DNA from: Octopus vulgaris
Taxonomy: Eukaryota
Length of the DNA stretch: 64,000 nt
Assembly (NCBI GenBank): GCA_951406725.2
Contig: OX597815.1
Coordinates: 49,414,001-49,478,000, forward strand
Direction: 5' to 3'
Of this stretch, positions 1 to 13,542 are shown in pieces. Under the pieces are notes generated by a model. The model was not told the origin of the DNA and did not search any database. It was given only the letters and a program-made list of their open reading frames with translations. The position numbers were made by a program, and so were the translations under genes. The stretch's first letter is position 1. The number at the start of each line of letters is the position of its first letter.

Positions 1-290
1 GAAGCCCATCATATGTGTGTGTCTATGTGTGTGTGTGTATCTGTGTGTGTGTGTGTGTGTGTGTGTGTTTGTGTTTGTATTTGTCCCCTACCAATTCTTG
101 ACAACCAGTGCTGGTGTGTTTATATCCCTGTAACTTAGCAGTTTGGCAAAAGAGACCGATAGTGTAAGTATCAGGCTTAAAACATGTAAGTACTGGGGTT
201 GGTTCATTCAACTGAAGTTCTTCTTCAAGGTGGTGCCCCAGCATGGCCAGAGTATAATGACAAAAACAAGTAAAAGATTAAAGATAAAAG
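1..290 (+). mobile_element. SINE family A, 3' half
   Basis: Matches the 3' half of the copies at 5118-5460 and 51261-51653 (ttgacaacc..gctggtgtgttta..aaaagagaccgatag..ccagcatggcc). Confidence 0.85.
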
Positions 291-500
291 ATATAACGTA
301 TTTAAGTCTGCATAAACTATTGTACCCTTTATTTTTGTTATAAACTCTTCTGTTGTTATACTGCAGTTGAAATAACTTCTCGTTTCAATTAATTTTGTTA
401 ATTAGGAAAAATTAAGAAAAATATCTTTGCCATTATTCAGATGGTGTTTGGAAGATAAATTAACATGAAATTTTAAGGGAAAGTTTTTAGATCACTTTAA

Positions 501-1073
501 CCCTTTTGTTACCATATTTCTGTAAAAATACACTGCATTTGTTTAAATTAATTTTGTAAATAATGGTGAATTTAGCAAAATAGCTGTCATTATTAAGCTG
601 GGCTTCTTTCAGTTTCTGCTTACCAAATCCACTCACATGGCTCTGGTTGACCTGAAGCTATAATAGAAGACACTTGTCCAAGGTGCCATGCAGTGGGACT
701 GAAACTGGAACCATGTGGTTGAGAAGCAAACTTTGTGCCATACAACCAGGTGAAATTCTTAGTGGTGTTTCATCCATCTTTATGTTCTGGGTTCAATACC
801 ACTGGAGTTGGCTTTGTTGTTCATCCTTTTGAGGTCAATAAAATAAGCACCAGATGTGCACTGGGGTCGATTTAATTGACTTAGCCCTTCCCCTGAAATT
901 GCTGGCCTTGTGGGAAAATTTGAAACCATTATTAAGCTGTTGACTGTAATATAAAATAAATTAGCTTGAAATTTTGATGGAAGATTTTAATTTAGCAATT
1001 TAGAAATTAAAGGACATTAGAGGATTTGTATCTTAAAATCAGAGGTGTCTCAAGTGTATTGGTATTAAAAGGA
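501..1073. mobile_element. piggyBac-like MITE containing SINE A (about 598-750, minus) and SINE B (about 750-930) fragments
   Basis: ttaa|cccttttgttacc left end, degenerate ggtattaaaagga right end; body resembles 30432-30652. Confidence 0.6.
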
Positions 1074-2412
1074 ATAACAGGGCAGAGTGTGATTTGATAG
1101 AGATTTGACTGCTTTTTCACACAGGTCAAGAAACCTTAAAGAGGTTTCTTCATTGGCGGCTGGCTTCTGTTGCTGTTCCTGCTATGACTGTATGGAAGGA
1201 GGAGTGGTAGAACTTACCCCTTCATCATGAGAGATTAGATAAAGGGGCTATTTCCCTCTTTCCTACCTTCACCACATTGTCACCCCACCATACTCCCTTA
1301 GAGACATGGGTTGCTTGCAAGGGAGATTGTAGCAGGCAGGTAGGTAAGTAGGTAGGTGAGGGAGAGGTTGTCCCTTTGTGAGTCTCCATCTGTTTGAAAG
1401 ATAGACACACACATTCACATATACACACGGCACACACTTACATGAAGCCACTCTCATGCACACATACATACAATACACTTACTCATACTTATATACATAG
1501 ACATATTTACACACACATGTATCTAACACATACACATATTCAACAAAACACATACATTTACATACACACATTTATATACAGATCCATACACTCATTTACA
1601 CATACATGTACACACAGAATACAATATACATACATAGACAAAGATACAAATCAGATACATAGATATATATACACACACACTCACACACGTATACACAAAC
1701 ACACATACAACATGCATACACATGCTTAAACACATACATTCACGTATACATACACACGCACATACACATGTGCACACTGATTACATTCGTTCTGACATCA
1801 CACATATGGCACATGGCACACTCCCTTATTAGTGATGATGGTGGTCTCCTTACTATACCCCACCCTTCCCCCAACTGCGACTCACGTCCTACACCACCAC
1901 CACCACCACCACCGTCGCCGCCACTATGAACAACAGCCACACTATCATTACGACACCTACATCTCTCCACTTGGGATCTTTCAAGCCCAGGGGAGAAAGA
2001 AAGGGATTTGAAGTTATGGTGGTAGTAAATGCAGGGTATGCAGACAGACAGGCAGGCAAGCAGACAGAGACAGGATGGGAGAGAGCGGGAGGAGGGTGGT
2101 GGTTAGAGGTGGGCAGTGGGGGTGTTAGTTGTCTTTATGTTTATTTCTATTTTCTGGTTGTTTTCTTTCGTTCTTTCTTTCGTTCTTTTATTTATTCTTT
2201 TTGTTGTATTATACTTCCATTTCCCTGTATTTTTCTCTCTTTGTTTATTTATTCATATAGAAGGTGGTGATGGTGGTGGTGGCGGTGGAGGAGGAGGTGG
2301 AGGAGGAGGACGACGACAACGAATAGGAGGAGGAGATGAATGATGGAAGAAGAAAAAGAAGATATTGATGATGGTAGATGTTGAAGAAGAAAAAGAAGAG
2401 GAGGAGGAGGAT

Positions 2413-2461
2413 GAAGAAGAAGAAGAAGAAGAAGAAGAAGAAGAAGAAGAAGAAGAAGAAG

Positions 2462-2490
<29 letters not shown>
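2413..2490. repeat. (GAA)n microsatellite in a GGT/GGA low-complexity block
   Basis: Direct reading. Confidence 0.95.
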
Positions 2491-2492
<2 letters not shown>

Positions 2493-3929
2493 TAAAGATG
2501 AAGGAGGAAGGAAGGAATCATGGTGGGGTGGAGTGAAGCAAATGTAGCATTCTGATACATCACCCACCCAACCTACCCACATCTGCACTCATCATCACAA
2601 TTATTACTATAATCATTTTGTTTAGATTTTTTTTTCATTTTTCATTGTTTGACATGTTATATATACACACTTACACACACACAGTCATTTAATATATACA
2701 TACATTAATTGTTAATATAGGCAGGATAGTGTACAAATGTTTCTAACACCACTTGGAGGAGGGCGGGGGGGGCATGAGGTTTCCCCCCTTCCCAGCCCCT
2801 CCACTTCTGCCGGACACACCTCATCTCCATTGACCACACTTCTCCACCTCCATCCTCTGTGTAATTGTTATCTCTTACTGCATATCAAGGAAGTGCTTGC
2901 TTAGGTTTTAAGCAGGGTGGGGTGGGGTGGGGTAGGGTGGGCACAGGGATGGGGCTGTTTGTTGTTGTTGTTGTTTTACATGTGCACTGAGTGTATGCTT
3001 GTGTATTCATATACATATATGACTGTGTATGTGCTTGTGTGTTTGTATGTGTCTCTACACCTGTGTGTGTATGTGTGTTCCTGTGTTAAGAGGGAATTTA
3101 AAGCCTGTTTCCTGTAACTAACTCTGTTACTTTCATCACCGCCACCGCCACCACCGCTGCCATACGATTTCCAACTTTTACCATCTCTAAAAAAAGAGAG
3201 AGAGAAAGAAAAGGAAGGTGAAACAGAGAAGGACTGGGACGCCTTTCTTTTACTGAGATCAATTAGTCCAGCTGGGCAGAGGCAGGCAGGCAAGCAGGCA
3301 GGCTGGCTGGCACACTTCTCTTACCAAAAGCAAAAAATCTGTTTTCACTCTCAAGTCAGTTGTCCCCTAATCAACCACAAAAACAACAAAATAACAAGAT
3401 CAGCAGTAGCAACAAATGACCTTTGATTTACTAGAAGTTAAGAAGGCACAAAACAGCTTTTTCAGAAGATAATATGAATAGGTTGCAAGTATTTATTTCA
3501 TATCCTACAGAATCAGAAAGAAACCAGCTTGAAAATCAGCTTAATAAGGGGAAGGTGGAAAAGGAGAATATGGAGACAGAGATGTGATGGGGAGAGAGTA
3601 AAGAAGGTGAGGGAGAAAGATATAGACCAGATAGAGGGAAAGATAGAGATTGGATAGAGAGAAAGCACTGCAGCTTTGCTAACTGTTTATTATATATTAC
3701 ACATACACTAATACATGCACAAACAAACACTCAAAATTGCACACATTAATATGAAATACATAGACAAAATTAAATATAATGAAATTAAAAATATACCTGA
3801 TAAAATTACAAACATGTGTCTTTGATCATATATTTTTGTCTTTATGTTTGTGCATGTACCAGCTTAATATGCATACATGCAGACAAGCATACATACATAC
3901 ATACATACATACATACATACATACATACA

Positions 3930-3961
<32 letters not shown>

Positions 3962-4159
3962 AGAAACAACAGTGTGCTCAAATGCAAGATACACTATCAG
4001 TGAGTTTAGGACTCAGAAATTGGCTCCATATCAAATTACATCCCAAGCACTCTGAATTCAATCACCACAAATGCCAAGAAAATGATCCACCAGTCCACTG
4101 AAACTAATATATTAAGGCTTAAAAATATCAATAATATTTTTTACAGTTCTTATAATATA

Positions 4160-4360
4160 CATTTATATATATATATATAGTTAATCCAAACATGAAGAAA
4201 GAGAAAACACAATAACACGAGGATGTGGAACAAGTATAGTGTTATTGGACGCTCAGGAAAGGAAAAAAAGAAGGAGGATTTAATGTTTCGAGCGGAGCTC
4301 TTTGTTAGAAACATAGAATGAGGAAAGGTTCAAGGAAGGGAAGACGGAGAAAGAAAACTG
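4160..4360 (-). mobile_element. Microsatellite-embedded Penelope-like terminal fragment with a degenerate hammerhead motif
   Basis: Minus strand gttt-ctaacaa-a-gagc-tcc-gctc-gaaa-catt-aaat followed by ttcctgagcg, shared with 13163-13220; flanked by (TA)n and (CA)n. Confidence 0.55.
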
Positions 4361-4377
4361 CATACACACGCACACAC

Positions 4378-4425
<48 letters not shown>

Positions 4426-4482
4426 ATACACATACATATATATATATATGCATATACATACATACATACATACACATATATA

Positions 4483-4665
4483 TGGCTGTGTGGTTAGGGA
4501 GCTTGCTTCCTAGCTATATGGTTTCGGGTTCAGTCCCACCGCGTGGCACTTTGGGTAGGTGTCTTTCACTATAGCCCCGAGCTGACCGGAGCTTTGTGAT
4601 TGAATTCGGTAGGTGGAAGTTACTGCCGTGTGTGTATATGTGCGTGTAGGTGCTTGTGCCTCTCC
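4483..4665 (+). mobile_element. SINE family A, 5' half with excess A>G differences
   Basis: tggctgtgtggt box-A-like and gggttcagtccc box-B-like motifs; aligns with the other copies. Confidence 0.85.
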
Positions 4666-4676
4666 GAAAGAGAGAG

Positions 4677-4713
<37 letters not shown>

Positions 4714-4718
<5 letters not shown>

Positions 4719-4924
4719 TACCCGAAATGTATAGTATTATATATTCATCACACAGTGACTACTCTCAGTCACCATATTCCCTTCTATATCAGCTAACTCT
4801 GATGAGTGTAATGTCATACAGCTGGACTGTTACCTAACACTCCATTGTGTTCCTTGCCTGAAACTGATTGGTATGATCAGTCATGATGGATATATATATA
4901 ATGCTATACATTTTGGATAGTATA
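4714..4924 (+). mobile_element. Foldback element (about 40-bp inverted arms) with hammerhead-like core
   Basis: tatactacccgaaatgtatagtattatatat pairs with atatataatgctatacattttggatagtata; ctgatga at 4799, gaaa-ctgatt-ggtat-gatcag-tc at 4860-4882. Confidence 0.55.
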
Positions 4925-5117
4925 CCTACTCTCTTAAAGGATATACGAGTGCATCTTTTCCCTGACTTATAGCCTCTTAGACAACCCATGTGCATATATA
5001 TATATATAATATCAGGGTAATAAAGATTTTACAAATTTTTACTACCTGTGGCCTAGCGCGTAGAAAAATTAGTCAGTAGACTATATATTATTGATATAAA
5101 TACAGTGTACATTTGAA

Positions 5118-5460
5118 CACTGTGGGGCACCTTGGGCAAGTGTCTTCTGCTATAGCCTCGGGCCGACCAATGCCTTGTGAGTGGATTTGGTAGACGGAAA
5201 CTGAAAGAAGCCTGTCGTATATATGTATATAGATATGTATTTGTGTGTATGTTTGGGTCTGTGTTTGTCCCCCTAGCATTGCTTGACAACCGATGCTGGT
5301 GTGTTTACGTCCCCGTCACTTAGCGGTTCGGCAAAAGAGACCGATAGAATAAGTACTGAGCTTACAAAGAATAAGTCCTGGGGTCGATTTGCTCGACTAA
5401 AGGCAGTGCTCCAGCATGGCCGCAGTCAAATGACTGAAACAAGTAAAAGAGTAAAAGAGT
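5118..5460 (+). mobile_element. SINE family A, 5'-truncated, well preserved
   Basis: CORE-like gcaccttgggcaagtgtctt, internal TA tract, tail gtaaaagagtaaaagag. Confidence 0.9.
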
Positions 5461-5719
5461 ATATGCTGTTCATATCTGCACTCGGTCTGCTTAGGAGGTT
5501 GTTGTGTCCTAGCATATGTGCTGCCTCTTTTAGTTTCCATATTTTCCAATTTTTCTCTGTCTATTATTTTAACTTCATCCATGCAGTCTCTATCTATTCA
5601 GTTTTTCTTACAGGGATTTGGTCAAATTTAGGTGATAATAAGAGAGGCATGACAAAAATTCTCTGCAGTCATCTCAAACCCAGAACCTCATCGTCATGAA
5701 AGAAAGAAAATGTCTTATT

Positions 5720-6510
5720 GCCATCTGCTTGTCCCTCAAATCCAAGGATTGATTTCATTCTTGGACGGATATTTGGATCATTAATGCCAGTGGTGAATGT
5801 GGCTATGAGACCTATCCTTGCATATAACATGTGATTGCATTGACCACTTGTAAATGTTGAACTTGGTCATGGTTGCTGCTGCCTGGCCTTCCATTGTTGT
5901 TTTTTCTCCTCTTTCTTTTTTAATGTTTTCTTTTTCAAATGATATTATGCTATTGTTTATGATTTGTTGATAGTTGGGACAGTTGGTTATGATCATCTCA
6001 AAAGCCAAGTGGTTGAAGCTGGTCTGCTTCAGAATTGACTTTACTGGTGTTTGTAGTGTTGAAGACGGGTTTCTCTTTGTCTTTTTTTAGTTGCTAGTTT
6101 GCTGAAGAAGATTTCAAGATTTGATGATGAAGTCATTCATTGTTCATCCTGTTGACATGGCTGATCCATCAATGGCAATGTTTGATGATCAGGGATTTGA
6201 TGCTCTAGCTACCCACTCTTTCACCACAGAGTTACTGGGGATATAGTCAAAACCCTTCAAGAGAAAGTGAAGTTTCACTTGAAAGCATTCAAGTTCTTTG
6301 ATGTTGCAATGGTGCAAAGTACAAGTTTTACAGCCATATAGGAACGTGGATATAACAACAGCTTGGTAGACCATAATCTTCATCTTCAAACTTAGGTCTT
6401 CATTTTTGAATACACGTTTTGCTAGTTTTGCTGAGTAAACTGATTCAATTCTTCATTCTACAACTTGTTCAGAATTGCATTTGGTGGGGAGCACACTTCC
6501 AAGGTATATG
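5720..6510 (-). mobile_element. RTE-clade LINE, decayed 3' fragment
   Basis: Translates to YLGSVL..RIE..KRVFKNEDLSLKMKIMVYQAVVISTFLYGCKTCTL..IKELECFQ, typical of the post-RT region of RTE elements; stops and frameshifts present. Confidence 0.8.
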
Positions 6511-6650
6511 TCATTTATGCTATACACAAGTATGTCTGTATATATGTACATAAATTCATCTAACCAATGCCATCATGGAAACACAGATGTAAAATCAAAC
6601 AAATATATGTTGTATGTGTGTGTGTGTGTGCATTTGTATAATATATATAT

Positions 6651-7027
6651 AGGAGTGGCTGTGTGGTAAGAAACTTGCTTCCCAACCACATGGTGTTCCA
6701 GGTTCAGTCCCACTGTGTGACACCTTGGGCAAGTGTCTTCTACTATAGCTTCAGGTCAACCAAAGACTTGTGAGTGGATTTCATAGACAGAAACTGAAAG
6801 AAGCCCATCATATATATATGTATTTGCTTGCCTCTGTTTGTCCACCCATCATTGCTTAACACCAACGTTGGTGTGTTTACATCCCTGTAACTTAGCAGTT
6901 CAGCAAAAGAGACCCATAGTATTAGTACTAGGCTTATAAAGGATAAGTCCTGGAGTTGATTTGTTTGACTAAAGGCAGTGCTCCATCATGGCTGCGGTCA
7001 AAGAACTGAAACATGTAAAAGAATAAA
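6651..7027 (+). mobile_element. SINE family A, near full length
   Basis: tRNA-like head, CORE-like segment, internal TA tract and 3' tail. Confidence 0.9.
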
Positions 7028-7030
7028 ATA

Positions 7031-7068
<38 letters not shown>

Positions 7069-7724
7069 ATGTTATTCCTTCTATTATGCACATATGCATA
7101 CACACAGAAAACCACACACATACTCATATGTGCACGTAAATGAGAATTTTATATCTAGATTAACAGTTAATCCTAACCATAAAAGGGACTGATGATGATG
7201 ATGACAATGAAGCAATCATTATGATCATGATGACGATGATGATGATGTGATGAAGAAGAAAGGAAAATATTGGCATTGATGACAACAATGACAGCATCAA
7301 CAAAGAATAACAAAATGACAACAATTCCTAAAAGGATATTGTATTGATGGTGGTGGTCGTGGTGGGGTTGTGGTGAGGTGGTGGTGGTGGTGGTGGTGGC
7401 AGTGGCGACAACAGTAGCAGCAGTAAAAGCGTCTCTAAATATCTACTTGGTGTGATTGGAAAATTGTATGAAGTCCTCACTAAAGAACAAACAAAAATGA
7501 ATAAATAGACAAATAAACAATCACAACAACAACAACGACAACAACAAAAACATTTACATAACAAAACAAAAAAAAAACCCTACATCCTTGCCATCAACAA
7601 AACAAAACAAACAATGATAAATAATAAATAAAATACAACCTGCCAACATGATTTTAAGTGAAGAGCTCACTTAAAAAGTAAAGAAGAAAAACATACCTCT
7701 GTCTTTTACTGTCTCATTCTTTTG

Positions 7725-9215
<1,491 letters not shown>

Positions 9216-9506
9216 ATTGTAGTTAGATTAAACATAAATTACTTAAGTGGTCGTCCAGAAAATGGCTGCAAGAAAGAGATGAAAATGGTTTGGTCGTGGA
9301 AAAGAACTTGCTAAGGAAATTGCTCTGTAGAAATGGTGGGGCGTTTCTGACTTTCTGCCAGGGCATATACATATGCATTTGTGCTTGTGTGAGTGTCTTG
9401 TGTTTCGGCATGTGTGTGTGTGTGTGTGTATTTGCTGTGTTGTTGTCCTCAATCAATCTATGTGCATGTACTTTTTGTGTGTTTGTTTCATTTGTTTGTG
9501 TGTATG

Positions 9507-9543
<37 letters not shown>

Positions 9544-9593
9544 GTACATATGAACATATACACATATCTGTGTGTATATCTATCTATCTACGC

Positions 9594-9660
<67 letters not shown>

Positions 9661-10682
9661 TACACAGAGACATATATATAAGTATGCATATCTATCTACC
9701 TATCAATACACATACATACATACAAGCATACATATATATAGTTTGATATATAATGGGATAGATAAATAGGAATGTGTATATTGAATGTATGTATGTATGT
9801 ATGTATGTATGTATGTATGTATGTATGTATGTATGTGTGTGTGTATATATATATGTATTGCTACATGCATACATACACACACGTTGCTCAACTATAAGAA
9901 TGACACATGACGACTCCTTACTGAATTGAAAATTTTATTTTATTTATATTTTAGTTTTTTATCTCAGTTTTCTTCTCCGTCCACTGCCACCACCCCATCT
10001 AACAGTTGCTAAACAGTGTTTCAGTTTATAAGTGCTATGAAAACATGGTGATGGCTCAGTGATAGAGAATAAAATTTAAAGAACATTAAGACTGTGCATT
10101 GTTTGTGAGTTCTCCAAGCATTGAATTCAGAATGAAAAAGCTTCTCCTATTTGTGTTATGGAAGGCAATAAGTAAAATAAGGATGGGTTGTGTGATGACT
10201 ATTTCCTAAAACCACTCATTTATTGGCATTTGAAAGTGAAAAGAAGGAATATCTGGTTTGTTTTTTTATATTTCTTCTTTTTCTTTTAGTAAAACACTTT
10301 ATTGATGATTGGCTTAACCATCTTATGACGAGATATCTGATTAAATACACTACCCAATGTGTTTTAATTAATTTTCAAAATAATCAAGAATTTGGCAGGA
10401 TTTCATAAAATAACAATTCCACACATTGTTATCCTGAGACAGGACAGTCAATTGGCAGCATCATTAGAACATCAGAGAATGTTTTCCTCTGTATTTCTTC
10501 CAGCTCTCTATGCTCTGAGTTCAAATTCCATGGATGTCAATTTTACCTTTCATCTTTCTGAGGTAAAAGAGAAAATAAAGAACTAGTCAAGTACTGATTA
10601 GATATAATCAGCAAACTTCCTCCACTCAAATTTGTGGTTTGGCATAGGATGGTGGACTAGCAATACGGTTAAAGCACTTTAA

Positions 10683-11123
10683 CCCTTCAGCATTTCAACC
10701 AGCCATACCCAGCTAAAACATTCTATTTGTTTTATGTCCAAATTAACCAAATACAGTCTCTTATACCTGCCCTACAATCCCATAATTAAAATCTCAAAGC
10801 TACAAGATAATACGAGATTCATTGTAAACAATGTGAATCATCATCATCATCACCGTTTAACATCCGTTTTCCATGCTAGCATGGGTTGGACGATTCAACT
10901 GGGGTCTGGGAAGCCAGGAGGCTGCACCAGGCCCAGTCTGATCTGGCAGTGTTTCTACAGCTGGATGCCCTTCCTAATGCCAACCACTCCGAGAGTGTAG
11001 TGGGTACTTTTTATGTGCCACCTGCACAGGTGCCAGACGAGGCTGGCAAACGGCCACAATCGGATGGTACTTTATATAAGCTTTATATTTGACAGAGTAA
11101 TCTGAATGTTGAATGCCAAAGGG
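10683..11123. mobile_element. piggyBac-like MITE with nested (GAT)n-tailed retroelement
   Basis: ttaa|cccttcagcatt ... aatgccaaaggg|ttaa; TTAA on both sides. Confidence 0.8.
10838..11075 (-). mobile_element. (GAT)n-tailed non-LTR element 3' portion (SINE or LINE tail); further copies near 18200, 36720, 38640, 39600, 44480, 51820, 52190
   Basis: catcatcat-cgtttaacatccgttttccatgctagcatgggttgg ... gctggatgcccttcctaatgccaacc recurs through the window. Confidence 0.8.
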
Positions 11124-11196
11124 TTAAGTTTTAAGTTCAAATCCCTGGCCTTTCATCCTTCTAGGGTTGATAAAATAACATGCAAGATAGATATTG

Positions 11197-11405
11197 TGGC
11201 CATGTGGTTAAGAAGTTCACCTTCCAATTCCATAGTTCCAGGTTCAGTTTCACTGCACAACACCTTCTAGGATAGTTCAGGGCCAGCCAGTACCTTGTGA
11301 ATAAATGTTAGATGGAAACTGTGTGGTAGCCTCTTGTATATGTATATATCTATGTATGTATGTATGTATGTATGTATGTATGTATGTATGTATGTATGTA
11401 TGTAT

Positions 11406-11450
<45 letters not shown>

Positions 11451-11640
11451 CTCCCTACTCTTTGATGACTAGCGTTGGTTTGCTTATGTCAATGTAACTT
11501 AGCAGTTCAGCAAAAGAAACTGATAGAATTAATACCAGACTTAAAAAGCAAGTACTGGTGTTGATTTGTTTGACTTAAATCCTTCACAGAAGTATCTCAG
11601 CATGGCCACAATTCCATGACTGAAACAAATGCTAAAAGAT
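11197..11640 (+). mobile_element. SINE family A, diverged, with expanded internal microsatellite
   Basis: Head, body and tail motifs recognisable. Confidence 0.8.
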
Positions 11641-11784
11641 AACACTGCCCATCACATTTCTAACCTTGTGCCTACATTTAGAACAATTATCAATCTGGGG
11701 GTAGAGAAGTGGATTAGCAATATTCTTGAATCTTCAAACCACATGCTTTGTAATTTTCATTCCAGCACAAGGTTGTGAGCCAAC

Positions 11785-12080
11785 AGAATCGTTACTGCAC
11801 CGGAAAAAATGCTTATCAGTATTTCATCTGTCTTTACATTCTGTGTTCAAATTCTGCTGAGATCAACTTTGCCTTTCATCCTTTCAGGGTCAATAAATTC
11901 CAGTTGAGCACTGGGAATGATATAATCAACTTACTCCTTCCCCTGAATTTGCTGGCCTTGTACCATAATTTGAAACTAATATTTATTCCAGCACTTTATA
12001 TTCTGAGTTTAAATTTCTCAGAGATCAACTTGGCTTTCCATCTTTTTTAAATTTGTGGCCTTGTGCTTATGTTAGAGACA
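11785..12080 (+). mobile_element. SINE family B, two tandem partial copies
   Basis: ttctgagttcaaatt..gagatcaactttgcctttcatcc occurs twice. Confidence 0.75.
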
Positions 12081-12087
12081 CTTATTA

Positions 12088-12608
12088 CTGTAAATCCTTG
12101 AGTATAGTCTGCTCTTGAGTATAATATGCAGGGGATCTTTAAGGGGCTGTACCTCTGAAAAGCCTAAACCTTGTGTATAATATGTAGCCCTTCTCTAACT
12201 TGAGTCAATGAAGTCTATATAACGTCCTTGGTTTGTAAAAATGTATGCGGTAATGTCCTTTATTATTATTGTATATATAACATAATGCAAACGTGTAGCA
12301 TTTTTATGCATTTTGTTTGCAGAAAATAAAGAAATAACAGTAATAACAGTAATAACGTTTAATGAATGTTGCTTACTGCAAGTTATGAATGATTCTTTTA
12401 TGACTTCATTGCTTTCAGGCTTAGCTTAAGGTATATTTGCGCCTGACATCACAAAATGAGTCTAAATAAACATTGCCGGACAGCAAATAGAGACTCAAAC
12501 ATTGCTTAGAAAATAATTTTCATTTTTAACCTCATGTATAATATGCACTAGGGATTTTAACCGTTAAAGTTTGGGAAAAAAATGCAGATTATACTCGAGG
12601 ATTTACGG
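12088..12608. mobile_element. pogo/Tigger-like MITE (Tc1/mariner superfamily)
   Basis: TIRs ctgtaaatccttgagtatagtctgc / gcagattatactcgaggatttacgg, TA on both sides, subterminal gtataatatgca repeats. Confidence 0.85.
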
Positions 12609-12705
12609 TAATCTAATGTAGGGGGTGACTGATTGGATGTTATTAGAGTATGATATATTAGAGTATTATATATTCATTCCAGTTCTTTTAATTTCTCAGT
12701 TCAAA

Positions 12706-12901
12706 CTCTCTTACTCTTTTATTCTTTTACTTGTCTCAGACATTTAGTTGAGCAAATCGACCCCAGGACTTATTCTTTGGAAGCCTAGTACTTATTCTAT
12801 CAGTCTCTTTTTGCCAAACCGGTAAGTTACCAGGACGTAAACACACCAGTAACAGTTGTCAAGTGATGTTGGGAGGGACAAACACAGACACACAAACATA
12901 T

Positions 12902-12949
<48 letters not shown>

Positions 12950-13480
12950 GTCCAGACCACCAGCCCTCTTTCACACGCACATACATACTCTCTTATACAC
13001 ACAAGCACCTTTGTATTGGGGGCACCTTCGTATTGGAAGTCACTTGACCCTGTTATCTCCCCTACTGTCCCTCTCATGTCTGACCACTGTCCGAAGTCAG
13101 GACGCCATGATAGATCGTTAGCTCCTACACACATTTTTTTCTCGCCTTGTTTTTTTTTGTGTGTCTTTCTGTCGAAGAGCATAGATTCAAAACGTAAAAT
13201 AGTTTTTCTGTTCCTGAGCGCTATACTAATACATTTGTTTGTTTGTACTCCACCTGCCTTCGTCTTTTGTTTATTTTCGTAAACTTTCCCTTTATATATA
13301 TATATATACAAATATACGACAGGCTTCTTTCAGTTTCCGTCTACCAAATCCACTCACAAGGCTTTGGCCGGCCTGAGGCTATAGTAGAAGACACTTGCCC
13401 AAGGTGCCACACAGTGGCACTGAACCCGGGACCATGTGATTCGTAAGCAAGCTACTTACCACACAGCCACTCCTACACCT
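12706..13480 (-). mobile_element. SINE family A, full length, interrupted in its (TA)n tract
   Basis: 3' half 12706-12900, 5' half 13310-13480. Confidence 0.9.
12948..13295 (+). mobile_element. Penelope-like terminal fragment with hammerhead-like motif, inserted in the SINE A (TA)n
   Basis: gtcttt-ctgtcga-a-gagc-atag-attc-aaaa-cg-ta-aaata then ttcctgagcg; (TA)n on both sides. Confidence 0.55.
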
Positions 13481-13542
13481 TAACTTTTTTTTATGCTTTC
13501 AGGGTCAATAAAATAAATGTACATGTACTAGGGTTGATTTAA

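Noticed and set aside
5415-5450. SINE A tail agtc-aaat-gact-gaaa-caag-ta as a hammerhead
   Set aside because: No CTGANGA upstream in any copy; better explained as a 3' recognition hairpin
5283-5699. 138-aa ORF and similar ORFs at 21603 and 62602
   Set aside because: Chance frames through SINE A
9240-9365. Unique open-frame island as an exon
   Set aside because: No convincing splice sites or recognisable protein motif
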